A stretch of DNA of 64,000 nucleotides, from positions 1,376,001 through 1,440,000 of the forward strand of contig OZ218778.1 in assembly GCA_965112635.1 (NCBI GenBank). The letters are read 5' to 3'. Positions 42,424 to 51,278 of this stretch are shown here, piece after piece. The stretch's first letter is position 1; every line of letters begins with the position of its first letter. The notes beneath the pieces were generated by a model. The model did not search any database. It saw only the letters and a program-made list of their open reading frames with translations, and was not told where the DNA came from. Both the position numbers and the translations under genes were made by a program. The stretch is from an uncultured bacterium. GTDB taxonomy: Bacteria; Oederibacteriota; Oederibacteriia; Oederibacteriales; Oederibacteriaceae.

Positions 42424-44883
42424 ATGAAAAGAATCTCTTTTTTTCTCTTGTTTACCCTGTTCCTACTGCCAATATTTCTGCACGCACAGAACTCTTCGCA
42501 AAACCGGATAATAAATACCTACGGCAATCTACCCCTGATATTTGAGCCCAATGTGGGACAAACCGACCCACCGGCAAAATTTATTTGCCGGGGAGCAGGG
42601 TATAGCTTGTTCCTCAAACATTCCGAGATGGTGCTGGTACTGAGGCATCCCAAAGAAGGGAATACAGATAAAAAAGACTTGATGCTCAAACACCATAAAC
42701 CAGAGGCAGAAGAGGCCGGGGTTTTGCGGGTAAAGTTGGTAGGAGGCAATGAAAACGGGCAGACTGAGCTGCTGGACCAGCTGGAGGGGAAGAGCAATTA
42801 TTTCATAGGCAATGACCCAGGCAAGTGGCATACGGACATACCCAATTACTCCAAAGTGAAATTGCATGAGGTTTATCCGGGCATAGACCTGGTTTATTAC
42901 GGCAACCAAAGACAGGTGGAGCATGATTTTGTAATCAAGTCCGGAGCCGACCCAAAGAATATCCAATTTAGTTTTACCGGTGCGGATGGCCTAAGCTTGG
43001 ACCAGAGCGGTAACCTCATCATCAAGACCAAAAAGAGCCAGGTGATATTCAAAAAGCCGGATATATACCAGGAGATTGGTGGGGTCAAAACAAGCGTGGT
43101 AGGACGATATTTTCTGCAGGGAGGAAGCCAGGCTGGTTTTGAAATAGGAACTTATGATCGATTAAGAGACTTGGTTATTGACCCTGTGCTGGTTTACTCA
43201 ACTTATTTAGGTGGAGGTGGAAATGATAATGGAGCCGGTATAGCTGTAGACAGCTCAGGAAATGCCTATATCACAGGTAATACATCTTCAACCAATTTCC
43301 CAACTCTCAATGCTATACAATCATCTAATGCTGGGGTTGTTAACGTTTTTGTGACCAAGATTAATAACACCGGCAGTGGCTATGTCTATTCCACATATCT
43401 TGGGGGGAACGGTAGTGATGGGGCTGGGAGCATTGCTATAGACAGCTCAGGAAATGCATATATAACTGGCGCGACTACTTCGACCAACTTCCCCACCCTC
43501 AATCCAATCCAGGGATCTTTAGGGGGATCGGGGGCCACGAATGCTTTTGTAACCAAGATCAATGCCGCAGGAAATGCATTGGTATATTCCACCTATCTAG
43601 GAGGAAATAGTATTGATAACGGTTTGGGTATCGCAGTAGATAGTTTAGGAAATGCTTATATCACTGGTAATACACGTTCACCTAACTTTCCCACCCTCAA
43701 TCCAATACAGGCGAGTTTTGGAGGAGACCAGAATGCTTTTGTTACCGAGATCAATGCTGCAGGAAATGCCTATGTTTATTCTACTTATCTTGGAGGTTTT
43801 AATACAGGTTTTGGACCTAGTAATACAGATTGTGGAGTTGGCATTGCCGTTGACAGCACTGGAAATGCCTATGTTACAGGTTTTACTAATTCATCTAACT
43901 TCCCCACCCTCAATCCAATCCAGGGATCTCTTGCAGGATCCATTAATGCTTTTGTAACCAAAATTAATGCGTCAGGATCTGCTCTGGTATATTCCACATA
44001 TCTTGGTGGAGGCGGTGGGGATGATGGATCCGGTATAGCTGTAGATAGTTTAGGAAACGCTTATATCACTGGTTGTACAAGTTCAACCAATTTTCCCACT
44101 TACAATCCAATCCAGGGTTCTTTAGGGGGATTGGGGGGCGGGAATGCTTTTGTAACCAAGATCAATGCCGCGGGTACTGCCCTGGTTTACTCCACCTATC
44201 TTGGAGGGAACGGTAGTGATGCAGGCTCTGGTTTGGCTATAGACAGTTCAGATAATGTTTATGTCACTGGTTGGACTACCTCAACCAATTTTCCCACACT
44301 CAATCCAATACAAGGAAGTCTCGGTGGAACGCAAAATAGCTTTATGACGGAAATTAATTCCGCAGGTAATGCTCTTGTTTTTTCCACCTATTTTGGAGGG
44401 AACGGTACGGATTATGGGTTTGGGCTTGCTCTGGACAGCTCAGGAAATGCATATATAACTGGCGCGACTACTTCGACCAACTTTCCCACGCTCAACCCTA
44501 TCCAGGGAACTTTTGGAGGAGGTACAACCCTTGGAGATGCTTTTGTGGCCAAGATTAGTTCAACTTTTCCGACACCGATACCAACTCCGAGTATAGCCCA
44601 GCCAACAGCTGGAACGACCTTTATTTACCCCTCACCAGCCACGGGGGATACGGCCACGGTTGTTTACACTATGGCTGGAGCGGGGAATGTTCATATCAAT
44701 ATCTATAACGAAGCAGCCCAACTGGTTGAAACCGTAGATGACACCAAACCAGCCGGGCCCCAGATGAATATTATTAATACCAAGAGTTTAGCCACAGGTG
44801 TTTACTTGTATGTTATCAAGCTGGATTACAACACTCTGGGTTCAACTAAAATTGGCCCGAAGAAGTTTATGGTGGTGAAATAA
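42424..44883 (+). CDS. SBBP-repeat (beta-propeller) secreted protein with T9SS-like CTD
   Basis: LPLIFEPNVGQ N-domain; seven YSTYLGG...IAVDSSGNAYITG.T.S.NFPT repeats; IYPSP...GVYLY...KKFMVVK. Confidence 0.88.
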   Translation: MKRISFFLLFTLFLLPIFLHAQNSSQNRIINTYGNLPLIFEPNVGQTDPPAKFICRGAGYSLFLKHSEMVLVLRHPKEGNTDKKDLMLKHHKPEAEEAGVLRVKLVGGNENGQTELLDQLEGKSNYFIGNDPGKWHTDIPNYSKVKLHEVYPGIDLVYYGNQRQVEHDFVIKSGADPKNIQFSFTGADGLSLDQSGNLIIKTKKSQVIFKKPDIYQEIGGVKTSVVGRYFLQGGSQAGFEIGTYDRLRDLVIDPVLVYSTYLGGGGNDNGAGIAVDSSGNAYITGNTSSTNFPTLNAIQSSNAGVVNVFVTKINNTGSGYVYSTYLGGNGSDGAGSIAIDSSGNAYITGATTSTNFPTLNPIQGSLGGSGATNAFVTKINAAGNALVYSTYLGGNSIDNGLGIAVDSLGNAYITGNTRSPNFPTLNPIQASFGGDQNAFVTEINAAGNAYVYSTYLGGFNTGFGPSNTDCGVGIAVDSTGNAYVTGFTNSSNFPTLNPIQGSLAGSINAFVTKINASGSALVYSTYLGGGGGDDGSGIAVDSLGNAYITGCTSSTNFPTYNPIQGSLGGLGGGNAFVTKINAAGTALVYSTYLGGNGSDAGSGLAIDSSDNVYVTGWTTSTNFPTLNPIQGSLGGTQNSFMTEINSAGNALVFSTYFGGNGTDYGFGLALDSSGNAYITGATTSTNFPTLNPIQGTFGGGTTLGDAFVAKISSTFPTPIPTPSIAQPTAGTTFIYPSPATGDTATVVYTMAGAGNVHINIYNEAAQLVETVDDTKPAGPQMNIINTKSLATGVYLYVIKLDYNTLGSTKIGPKKFMVVK

Positions 44884-44906
44884 AGAATAATTTAAAAGGT
44901 ACCGGC

Positions 44907-45815
44907 ATGAAGAAGTTATTTTTGACAACAGCAATCCTTCTATGGCCTTGTATAATTTGGGCTCAAACCACAGTGCTGTCCTCGGCGGGATACGCAATCC
45001 CGTTAAGTAATTTGGGGCCTTCGGCGAGGGCCAATGTGATGGGGTCGGCGTTCGTGGGAGTGGCGGACGATTCTTCGGCGCTGTTTTGGAACCCGGCTGG
45101 GCTGGGTTTACTGGATGATGGGGAAATAGCCCTGCACCACAATAGCTGGTTGACGGATATTACGGAGGATACGGCGATATTGAGCCTGCCCTTGGAATAC
45201 GGGAGCGTGGGGGCAGCCATAGATTTCTTGAATTACGGAAGTTTTGAGGGAAGGGACAGCGGAGGAGGCTTGACCTCGAGCTACACGGGACAAAACATCC
45301 AGGGAGCTCTGGGTTGGGGCCTGGAACTGGCGGACAAATATTTTGGGGGTGTGACCATGAAATTCGCGCAGTTGACCCTATCGAGCCAGACGACCACGGT
45401 GATAAGCGGAGAGGCCGGGTTGATCAAGCAGTTAGGAAAAAACTTTAGGCTGGGACTATGCTACAACAATCCGGGAACAGCGGTTAATGGGAGCCAGATA
45501 GACAGCACGTTAAGTTTAGGCGGGTCCTACCGGGCCGAGCGGGCTAAGATGAACAGGGTATTGGTGGCAGTGGGGGCGCAAATAGGATCCAATAATGTGA
45601 ACCAGATCCAGGTTGCGGCAGAGGATGTTTTGTATTCATTAATGTCTTTGCGGATGGGATATCAGTTGAACCTGAGCGACATGCGGTTAGATGGGCTGAC
45701 AGGTTTCAGCGTAGGGGTAGGATTTAGCATCCAGGGATTTGTGGTGGACTATGCCTACCAGCCCTACGGAGACCTGGGGAATTCCAACCGAGTGAGCATG
45801 AGTTATCTATTTTAA
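44907..45815 (+). CDS. PorV/PorQ (UPF0164/FadL-like) beta-barrel protein
   Basis: GPSARANVMGSAFVGVADDSSALFWNPAGL and VDYAYQPYGDLGNSNRVSMSYLF. Confidence 0.8.
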   Translation: MKKLFLTTAILLWPCIIWAQTTVLSSAGYAIPLSNLGPSARANVMGSAFVGVADDSSALFWNPAGLGLLDDGEIALHHNSWLTDITEDTAILSLPLEYGSVGAAIDFLNYGSFEGRDSGGGLTSSYTGQNIQGALGWGLELADKYFGGVTMKFAQLTLSSQTTTVISGEAGLIKQLGKNFRLGLCYNNPGTAVNGSQIDSTLSLGGSYRAERAKMNRVLVAVGAQIGSNNVNQIQVAAEDVLYSLMSLRMGYQLNLSDMRLDGLTGFSVGVGFSIQGFVVDYAYQPYGDLGNSNRVSMSYLF

Positions 45816-46281
45816 AAAGCCATAAAACCGAGAACAGGACACGTGTCCTGTTTTGTCAAGAAAAGGCTCTTAAATACACAAAAAGACACGCTTAGTAGAG
45901 CTTAACACCTGAAAAAATTATAAACCAATTACCCATTCCTATCATTTTTTACATTTTTTCCTTAGATTTACATATAAATAAAACATACCACCCTCCCGCG
46001 CATCAATACTCCGAAGATTCTAGAAACCCACCCAACACAGTCACAATCAGTTACAGTGAGTGGGTTGGGTGGGTTACGTTTATCGCCTTTTCGGCGATAA
46101 AGAATCGAGGAAATAAGGATTTTTGCAAGAGGGGGGGGATAGTATAGACTATCCCCCCTATAGTCCAAAAAATGAGTTAAACTCTGAACCCGACACGTGT
46201 CGGGTTCGGATTAAAAAAGGCTTCTAAAAACAGAAAAACCACGACCTTGGAGCCGTAGCTTTTTCCTGGTTTGACAAAGTA

Positions 46282-46602
46282 TTAGCTGTGAAGGGTTTCT
46301 TGGAACATATTTATTGGATTGAGCTGTTTGCCGCAGGCCTTGGCGAATCTATCAAGAAAGTTATAAGTAGGGTTATCTTCACCCTGGCCGGTCTCATATT
46401 TGGCTATCACACTCTGTGTAGTACCCATTTTTTTTGCGACCTGAGCCTGGGTGAGTTTGGCTTTTTTTCTAACAGTTAACAGTGCCATGGCCAGCTCTGA
46501 CCGCTCCCTGAGCATTTCAGCCCGTTTTTTCACCACGGGGTCTTTTAACATCTTCTTGAAAAAGGGTTCCGGGTCCATCGTATATTTAGAATTATATTTC
46601 AT
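46282..46602 (-). CDS. HigA-like XRE HTH antitoxin
   Basis: LTQAQVAKKMGTTQSVIAKYE; overlaps the upstream toxin stop. Confidence 0.8.
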   Translation of the reverse strand: MKYNSKYTMDPEPFFKKMLKDPVVKKRAEMLRERSELAMALLTVRKKAKLTQAQVAKKMGTTQSVIAKYETGQGEDNPTYNFLDRFAKACGKQLNPINMFQETLHS

Positions 46603-46930
46603 TGATGACCTCCTTCATTCTTTTAATGGCAGTTTTCAAATCATTACTGTGTGTTTTCTGTCTTGTTTTTTTGAATATATGAAGCCAGACCATAACCTCT
46701 GCTTCTACCAGCATATAGGCTATTCTGTATCTTCCGCCTTTTGTTCTAAACTTAATTTTCCAAAGCTTTCCCTGAAGCTGACGAAATTCAACCTCTGAAA
46801 AAGCCAACCCCCACTTTTCAACTCCACGCCTCACCTCATAGAAGTCAGCGTATTCAGACTTAGGTAAGCCTTCAATAAAGTCTTGAACGGGGCTTCTACC
46901 AGAAGGATTTTTATAAAAGATAACTTTCAC
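46592..46930 (-). CDS. RelE/HigB (Gp49-like) toxin
   Basis: FYKNPSGRSPVQDFI...LQGKLWKIKFR...LHIFKKTRQKT; toxin-first order; GTG start after GGAGG. Confidence 0.82.
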   Translation of the reverse strand: MKVIFYKNPSGRSPVQDFIEGLPKSEYADFYEVRRGVEKWGLAFSEVEFRQLQGKLWKIKFRTKGGRYRIAYMLVEAEVMVWLHIFKKTRQKTHSNDLKTAIKRMKEVINEI

Positions 46931-46952
46931 TATGTTTCTACCCTCCATAGTC

Positions 46953-46980
46953 ATTATAGTTTATAAGCTATAATTGTCAA
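46953..46980 (-). promoter_or_regulatory. Sigma70 promoter of the higBA-like operon with palindromic operator
   Basis: Minus strand TTGACA-N16-TATAAT; near-perfect palindrome attatagtttataagctataat (46953-46974) covers the spacer and -10. Confidence 0.75.
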
Positions 46981-47451
46981 TCAATTAGATCAGAAAAAGC
47001 TATGACCTTTTAAAATTGCAGCCTTTTTCCTTGTTTCCTGTTTGCTACGAGTTAAAACCTAAAATATTCAAATCATGAATCATTAATCAAAAAATAAAAT
47101 ACTGCCCCCCTGTGTTGTTTAGACCCTTTTCACCGTCTCGATACCCGACCAACGCACCCTTCAACCTACTAATAATGTTACTGAGGGGGCGTTGGTCGGG
47201 GGGCCACGAGCACAGCGAAAGTGGCAGAGACGGTGAAAAATAAAGGAGAAAATAACAAGAGGGGGTCACTAACCCTTTAGTGGGGGGGATTAGTGGGTTT
47301 AGACCCTAAAGGGCTTAAAGGACTTATTCTAAATTCCTAGTTAAGAGACCTCTCACTGGTTATTTATAGGCTTGCTAATGTTACATATGGAAACTATACT
47401 TTAATTGGAAGCACAAAATTACAAAGGAATTTTGCAAGGCAGGAGGATATT

Positions 47452-47676
47452 ATGGAAATTGCACATGGTATTAGTGTGAAAGAGGGTGTCAGGTTCGGGA
47501 AACCGGTTATTACTGGCACAAGAGTTCCTGTTGATCTTATCCTGGGAAAATTGGCGGGTGGTATGACCTATGAGCAAGTAATGGCTGAATATGAGATAAC
47601 TCGGAAAGATATATTGGCTGCCCTGGATTATGCGGCAACAACGCTATCCAATGAAGAAGTCAGGGCAATAGGATAA
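47452..47676 (+). CDS. DUF433 antitoxin
   Basis: GKPVITGTRVPV...IL...AGGMTYEQVMAEY.ITRKDI.AALDYA. Confidence 0.88.
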   Translation: MEIAHGISVKEGVRFGKPVITGTRVPVDLILGKLAGGMTYEQVMAEYEITRKDILAALDYAATTLSNEEVRAIG

Positions 47677-48048
47677 ATGGTAAAAATCGTCCTTGATGAG
47701 GACATGCCCCGCTCTATCAAACAGGTTTTAACAATCCTTGGTTATGAGGTAAAGGATATCCGCGATCACGGGCTTCGCGGTGCAGATGACAATAAGATTT
47801 TCCAGTTTGCCCAGGATAACGGGGCCGTCTTAATGACCGGGGATCAGGGCTTTGGAAATCCCCTCCAGTTCCCTTTGGAAAGCCATAATGGAATTGTCAT
47901 TGTTCATTTTCCCACTGAAATTCCCACTGAAAAGATAAATCTTGAGGTTGGACGAAAGCTTAATGGCTTAAAAGAAGAAGATTTTAGAGGTAGTTTGATC
48001 GTGATTGAACCTGGAAAGGTCAGGGTTAAAAGGGCTTCCCATTCCTGA
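47677..48048 (+). CDS. DUF5615 / VapC45-like PIN toxin
   Basis: KIVLDEDMP, GADDNKI, LMTGDQGFG; adjacent to DUF433. Confidence 0.82.
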   Translation: MVKIVLDEDMPRSIKQVLTILGYEVKDIRDHGLRGADDNKIFQFAQDNGAVLMTGDQGFGNPLQFPLESHNGIVIVHFPTEIPTEKINLEVGRKLNGLKEEDFRGSLIVIEPGKVRVKRASHS

Positions 48049-48132
48049 GCATTTACTTGAAGAAATCGGAGATGTCTGCTAACTACCCCGGGTTTTAAAA
48101 ATAGATGAGAGAGCCAGGAGTTAAAGGTTGTT

Positions 48133-49008
48133 TCAACTTTCCGAATTATCCGGTCTTGGATTGGAGATAAGCACTAAGAGGTCGGAGGGAGTGGCTAGGG
48201 AAATACATTCCGCGTCAAAGTTCATCGGCTTTAACAGTCTCTTTTTTAATTGAAATTCCGAACTGGAAAGAATGCCCTCAAAATCTTCACCAGCCATCCA
48301 GGCATCAAAGAACGAACCTTGCTTTTTAATCCCATCTCCTGCTGAGAAAACACTAGGGAATCTGGCTGAGGTCACGAAATTTCTGACTTTAAAGCACAGT
48401 CCTGGCTCAGAGCTATCTTCCATGATAAGGACAGCACATTTGTCCTGATGTAGTTTGGCATACCGGATAGCTGTAGCTTCCTTAGAAGCGATATAGCGTT
48501 TGCCCAGTTTTTCGATGGAATCCATTTGAATGGGTAAGGCCAAGGCATCCTTTAAGAATATCTCCTTAGGCATGAGAAACTCAAAGGCGCAGTCAAAGGC
48601 TTCCTGCTCAATGATCTTCTGGACCTGGGAATCTGTCTCCAAATCGCTGAAATCAATGTCCTGATGCCAGGGCAGGATGGCATGGCCGCATTCGTGGAAA
48701 ATACTAAGGCGGGTGCGTTCTTCAGCCATATTTCTATTAACCCAGATGCAAGACCTGCCGTCCGGTTCTCTTTGCAGCCAGGCGCAGGCGGTACTGAGCG
48801 CAGGGCTTAATTCATGGCTTTCAGGGTTGTTACGCTCAAAAGCCCTGATTTGTTCCCTGGTGAACTCATTAAGGTCAATTCCCAGGTGGTTCAGGATAAC
48901 CTTTTCATCTATAGGAGGTTCTTTTAAATCACATTCTTGGAGGATTTTCTGGGCATAGGAGGTGGGGTTTCTTTTGTGTCGGTCGTTTAGTATTGAAGAA
49001 AAGTCCAC
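48133..49008 (-). CDS. ImmA/IrrE-family metallopeptidase
   Basis: RTRLSIFHECGH (HExxH), EQEAFDCAFEFLMP; translationally coupled to the HTH gene. Confidence 0.85.
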   Translation of the reverse strand: MDFSSILNDRHKRNPTSYAQKILQECDLKEPPIDEKVILNHLGIDLNEFTREQIRAFERNNPESHELSPALSTACAWLQREPDGRSCIWVNRNMAEERTRLSIFHECGHAILPWHQDIDFSDLETDSQVQKIIEQEAFDCAFEFLMPKEIFLKDALALPIQMDSIEKLGKRYIASKEATAIRYAKLHQDKCAVLIMEDSSEPGLCFKVRNFVTSARFPSVFSAGDGIKKQGSFFDAWMAGEDFEGILSSSEFQLKKRLLKPMNFDAECISLATPSDLLVLISNPRPDNSES

Positions 49009-49367
49009 TACTTATCCTTTTTCTCTTTATCTTCTTTCTTTTTGAGGAAATTAATAAAGTCCATTACCTGTCTTTTGCTGGAAGGGGAGAGCTTTTCATA
49101 GCCCCTGAAATGGGTTGGTTGTTTCTCATTATTGTCCAGGAAGCCTGCTTTGTGTAGCAGATCGGATACAGGGACATCAAAGAAATCGGCCAGCCGTTTG
49201 AAGTATTTAGGGTCAATTAAGGCTTTTTCCCCACCCTCGAGCTTGTAAAGATAGGTGTCAGAGATTTTCACAGCCTTAGCCACTTCCGTAACTGAAGCTC
49301 TTTTATCAGCTCTAAGGTTAGCGAGGTATTTTCCAAACTCTTTCATTTTTTGTTCTTTGTTAGTCAT
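49008..49367 (-). CDS. XRE-family repressor (ImmR-like)
   Basis: SVTEVAKAVKISDTYLYKLEGG HTH; divergent from xis-int. Confidence 0.85.
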   Translation of the reverse strand: MTNKEQKMKEFGKYLANLRADKRASVTEVAKAVKISDTYLYKLEGGEKALIDPKYFKRLADFFDVPVSDLLHKAGFLDNNEKQPTHFRGYEKLSPSSKRQVMDFINFLKKKEDKEKKDK

Positions 49368-49420
49368 GGTGGCTCCTTGATAGGTATTTTACCCTGACAA
49401 GATACCAGAAGCAAATAAAG

Positions 49421-49479
49421 TTGTACTTATGGTGTTGACAGGGAACAAAAAAGTATTATAATTTATACCAATAGTACAA
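49421..49479 (+). promoter_or_regulatory. xis-int promoter flanked by inverted operator-like repeats
   Basis: TTGACA (49435-49440)-N16-TATAAT (49457-49462); ttgtacttatggt (49421-49433) and accaatagtacaa (49467-49479) are near-inverted repeats. Confidence 0.7.
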
Positions 49480-49523
49480 GACATGAAGGAGGTGGGCAGG
49501 GGTAAGCAAGGAAAGGATAGGAA

Positions 49524-49838
49524 GTGGAAACAAGCAGTAAAGCAACACAGACGAATGGGAGGAGATTGGACGATATGGGCAGCCTGGAGCGAGAGAGCGG
49601 AACAAGGCTCTTAAAAAGAGAAGAAGTGGCATTTCAGTTGAATGTAAGCAGATATCAGGTCAGGGATTTAACCTATGAGGGTAAGCTTCCTGTGGTTCAT
49701 TTGGGGCGGTGTGTAAGATACGATCCCAAAGACGTAGAAACCTTTATCCTGAACGCAAAGGAAAGTTCGAGGGGATATAATAGCCATAGTGTACTTAAAT
49801 TAAGGACTGCGGAAAGCAGTCTGAAAGAGGGGAGGTGA
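49524..49838 (+). CDS. Excisionase-like HTH_17 protein
   Basis: LLKREEVAFQLNVSRYQV..L...GKLPVVHLGRCVRYDPKDVETFI; overlaps the integrase start. Confidence 0.8.
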   Translation: METSSKATQTNGRRLDDMGSLERESGTRLLKREEVAFQLNVSRYQVRDLTYEGKLPVVHLGRCVRYDPKDVETFILNAKESSRGYNSHSVLKLRTAESSLKEGR

Positions 49839-50944
49839 AAAAAATGAATATTATTCAATTAGCAGACGGTTCTTTTAGGGTAGATTACAGGGATGGTTTT
49901 GGAAAAAGGCACCGTGCCAACCTAGGTAATGTCAGAAGGATTGCCGAACGCAAAATGCAGGCGATTGACGAACAAGTCCAAAGACAAAAACTAGGACTAT
50001 CTCCCCAAATGGAAAGATGCAAACTCACATTGACAGAACTTTTGGAGCAATGGATTGCACAAAATCCCAGGGAGAACAGAGGGAGCACACTGAAGAGAAA
50101 GCGGTCGGTTTTAAATAACATCAAAAACTATCTGGGTCAGCGCCCCATTGTTACTCTGCAAAGCTCAGACTTTGAGAATTATTTAGACAGCCGGAAGAAT
50201 AAAGGTGTTGCTCAAAAAAAAGGTGTCTCTATTTCTACACGCAACAGGGAAATAGCGATATTAAAGGCATGTCTGGCTTACGCTGTAAGCAGAAAGTATC
50301 TGGTCTATTCACCAACAGCTGCCCTAAAGGTTCAAAGCGAAAAACATTTGCGGAGAACAAGGGTATTAGGTCTAGAGGAAGAAAAGCTGCTTTTGGAAAA
50401 GGCTAACCCCTATATGGCCGAGATCATCCGTTTTGCCATAGCTACAGGCATGAGGAAATGCGAGATATTAAGCCTGCGGTGGGATAGGGTTGATATGAAT
50501 AAAAGGACGGCGTTTATACCTGCTGAACTGTCAAAATCCAAAAAATGCCGAACTGTGCCCCTCGTTGGCCAGGCCTGGGAGGTCATCCAGAGACAATTTG
50601 AGAAGCTTCAAGAACCTGTCTCTATGACTAACACAGGTGAGATCAAAACCAAAGTCAAACCTGGAGCATTGCAGCTCCCTGTATTCTGCTATAAAAACAG
50701 AACAGAATGGAGATTCAGGGAAAAGACATTTAAGGATATTTGCGAGTGTGCTAATATATCTGGCCTATGGTTCCATGACCTTAGAAGAACCTGCGCCACG
50801 AGGTTATTAGCGGCAGGGGCTGATTTTAAGACCGTTTCGGAGTGGATAGGTGATGAGCCTAAAACCACGGTAGAGGTATATTGTCAGACTTCTCCTGAGA
50901 GGCTCCGTGAAATGGGTGAGAAGATGGCAAAGATGTTCATTTAG
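49835..50944 (+). CDS. Tyrosine recombinase / phage-type integrase
   Basis: ATGMRKCEI, SKSKK, FHDLRRT, terminal Tyr in TTVEVY; N-terminal arm-binding-like domain; about 100 bp from att. Confidence 0.93.
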   Translation: MKKMNIIQLADGSFRVDYRDGFGKRHRANLGNVRRIAERKMQAIDEQVQRQKLGLSPQMERCKLTLTELLEQWIAQNPRENRGSTLKRKRSVLNNIKNYLGQRPIVTLQSSDFENYLDSRKNKGVAQKKGVSISTRNREIAILKACLAYAVSRKYLVYSPTAALKVQSEKHLRRTRVLGLEEEKLLLEKANPYMAEIIRFAIATGMRKCEILSLRWDRVDMNKRTAFIPAELSKSKKCRTVPLVGQAWEVIQRQFEKLQEPVSMTNTGEIKTKVKPGALQLPVFCYKNRTEWRFREKTFKDICECANISGLWFHDLRRTCATRLLAAGADFKTVSEWIGDEPKTTVEVYCQTSPERLREMGEKMAKMFI

Positions 50945-51046
50945 GTTAGGACATGGCAAGAAATGGACACTAGTATAAAATAGCAAAAGCAAGGTAAGAG
51001 GGTAAGAGGCAAAAAGGCTTAATTCATAATGAGATTATCCAAGGAT

Positions 51047-51121
51047 GGCGGCGTAGCCAAGCGGTAAGGCAGAGGTCTGCAAAACCTTTATACATCGGTT
51101 CAATTCCGATCGCCGCCTCCA
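51047..51121 (+). tRNA. tRNA-Cys(GCA)
   Basis: Cloverleaf GGCGGCG/CGCCGCC, anticodon loop CTGCAAA, GGTTCAATTCC T arm, encoded CCA. Confidence 0.95.
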
Positions 51122-51201
51122 AAAAAATAGATGGAAGCAAGAACCGCGATGCGCTTCCGTGAGAGAAACTGACAGTTGGACGTATGTTGTCTGGCAAACA
51201 T

Positions 51202-51278
51202 GGGCGGTTAGCTCAGCTGGTTAGAGTGCCAGCTCGACAAGCTGGAGGTCACTGGTTCGAGCCCAGTACCGCCCACCA
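51202..51278 (+). tRNA. tRNA-Val(GAC)
   Basis: GGGCGGT/ACCGCCC acceptor stem, CCAGC-TCGACAA-GCTGG anticodon arm, ACCA end. Confidence 0.92.

Larger units (their letters stand above)
29261..51083. mobile_element. Integrative element / genomic island of about 21.8 kb in tRNA-Cys
   Basis: 38-bp flanking direct repeat, tyrosine integrase next to the right junction, xis and repressor/peptidase module, TA modules, visibly AT-richer segments. Confidence 0.92.

Noticed and set aside
43180-44560. Roughly 190-bp tandem repeats as a possible CRISPR array or DGR
   Set aside because: In-frame degenerate SBBP coding repeats; no repeat-spacer pattern, cas genes or reverse transcriptase in the window.
29261-51083. 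Prophage or conjugative ICE
   Set aside because: No capsid, terminase, tail, relaxase or T4SS genes are recognisable.
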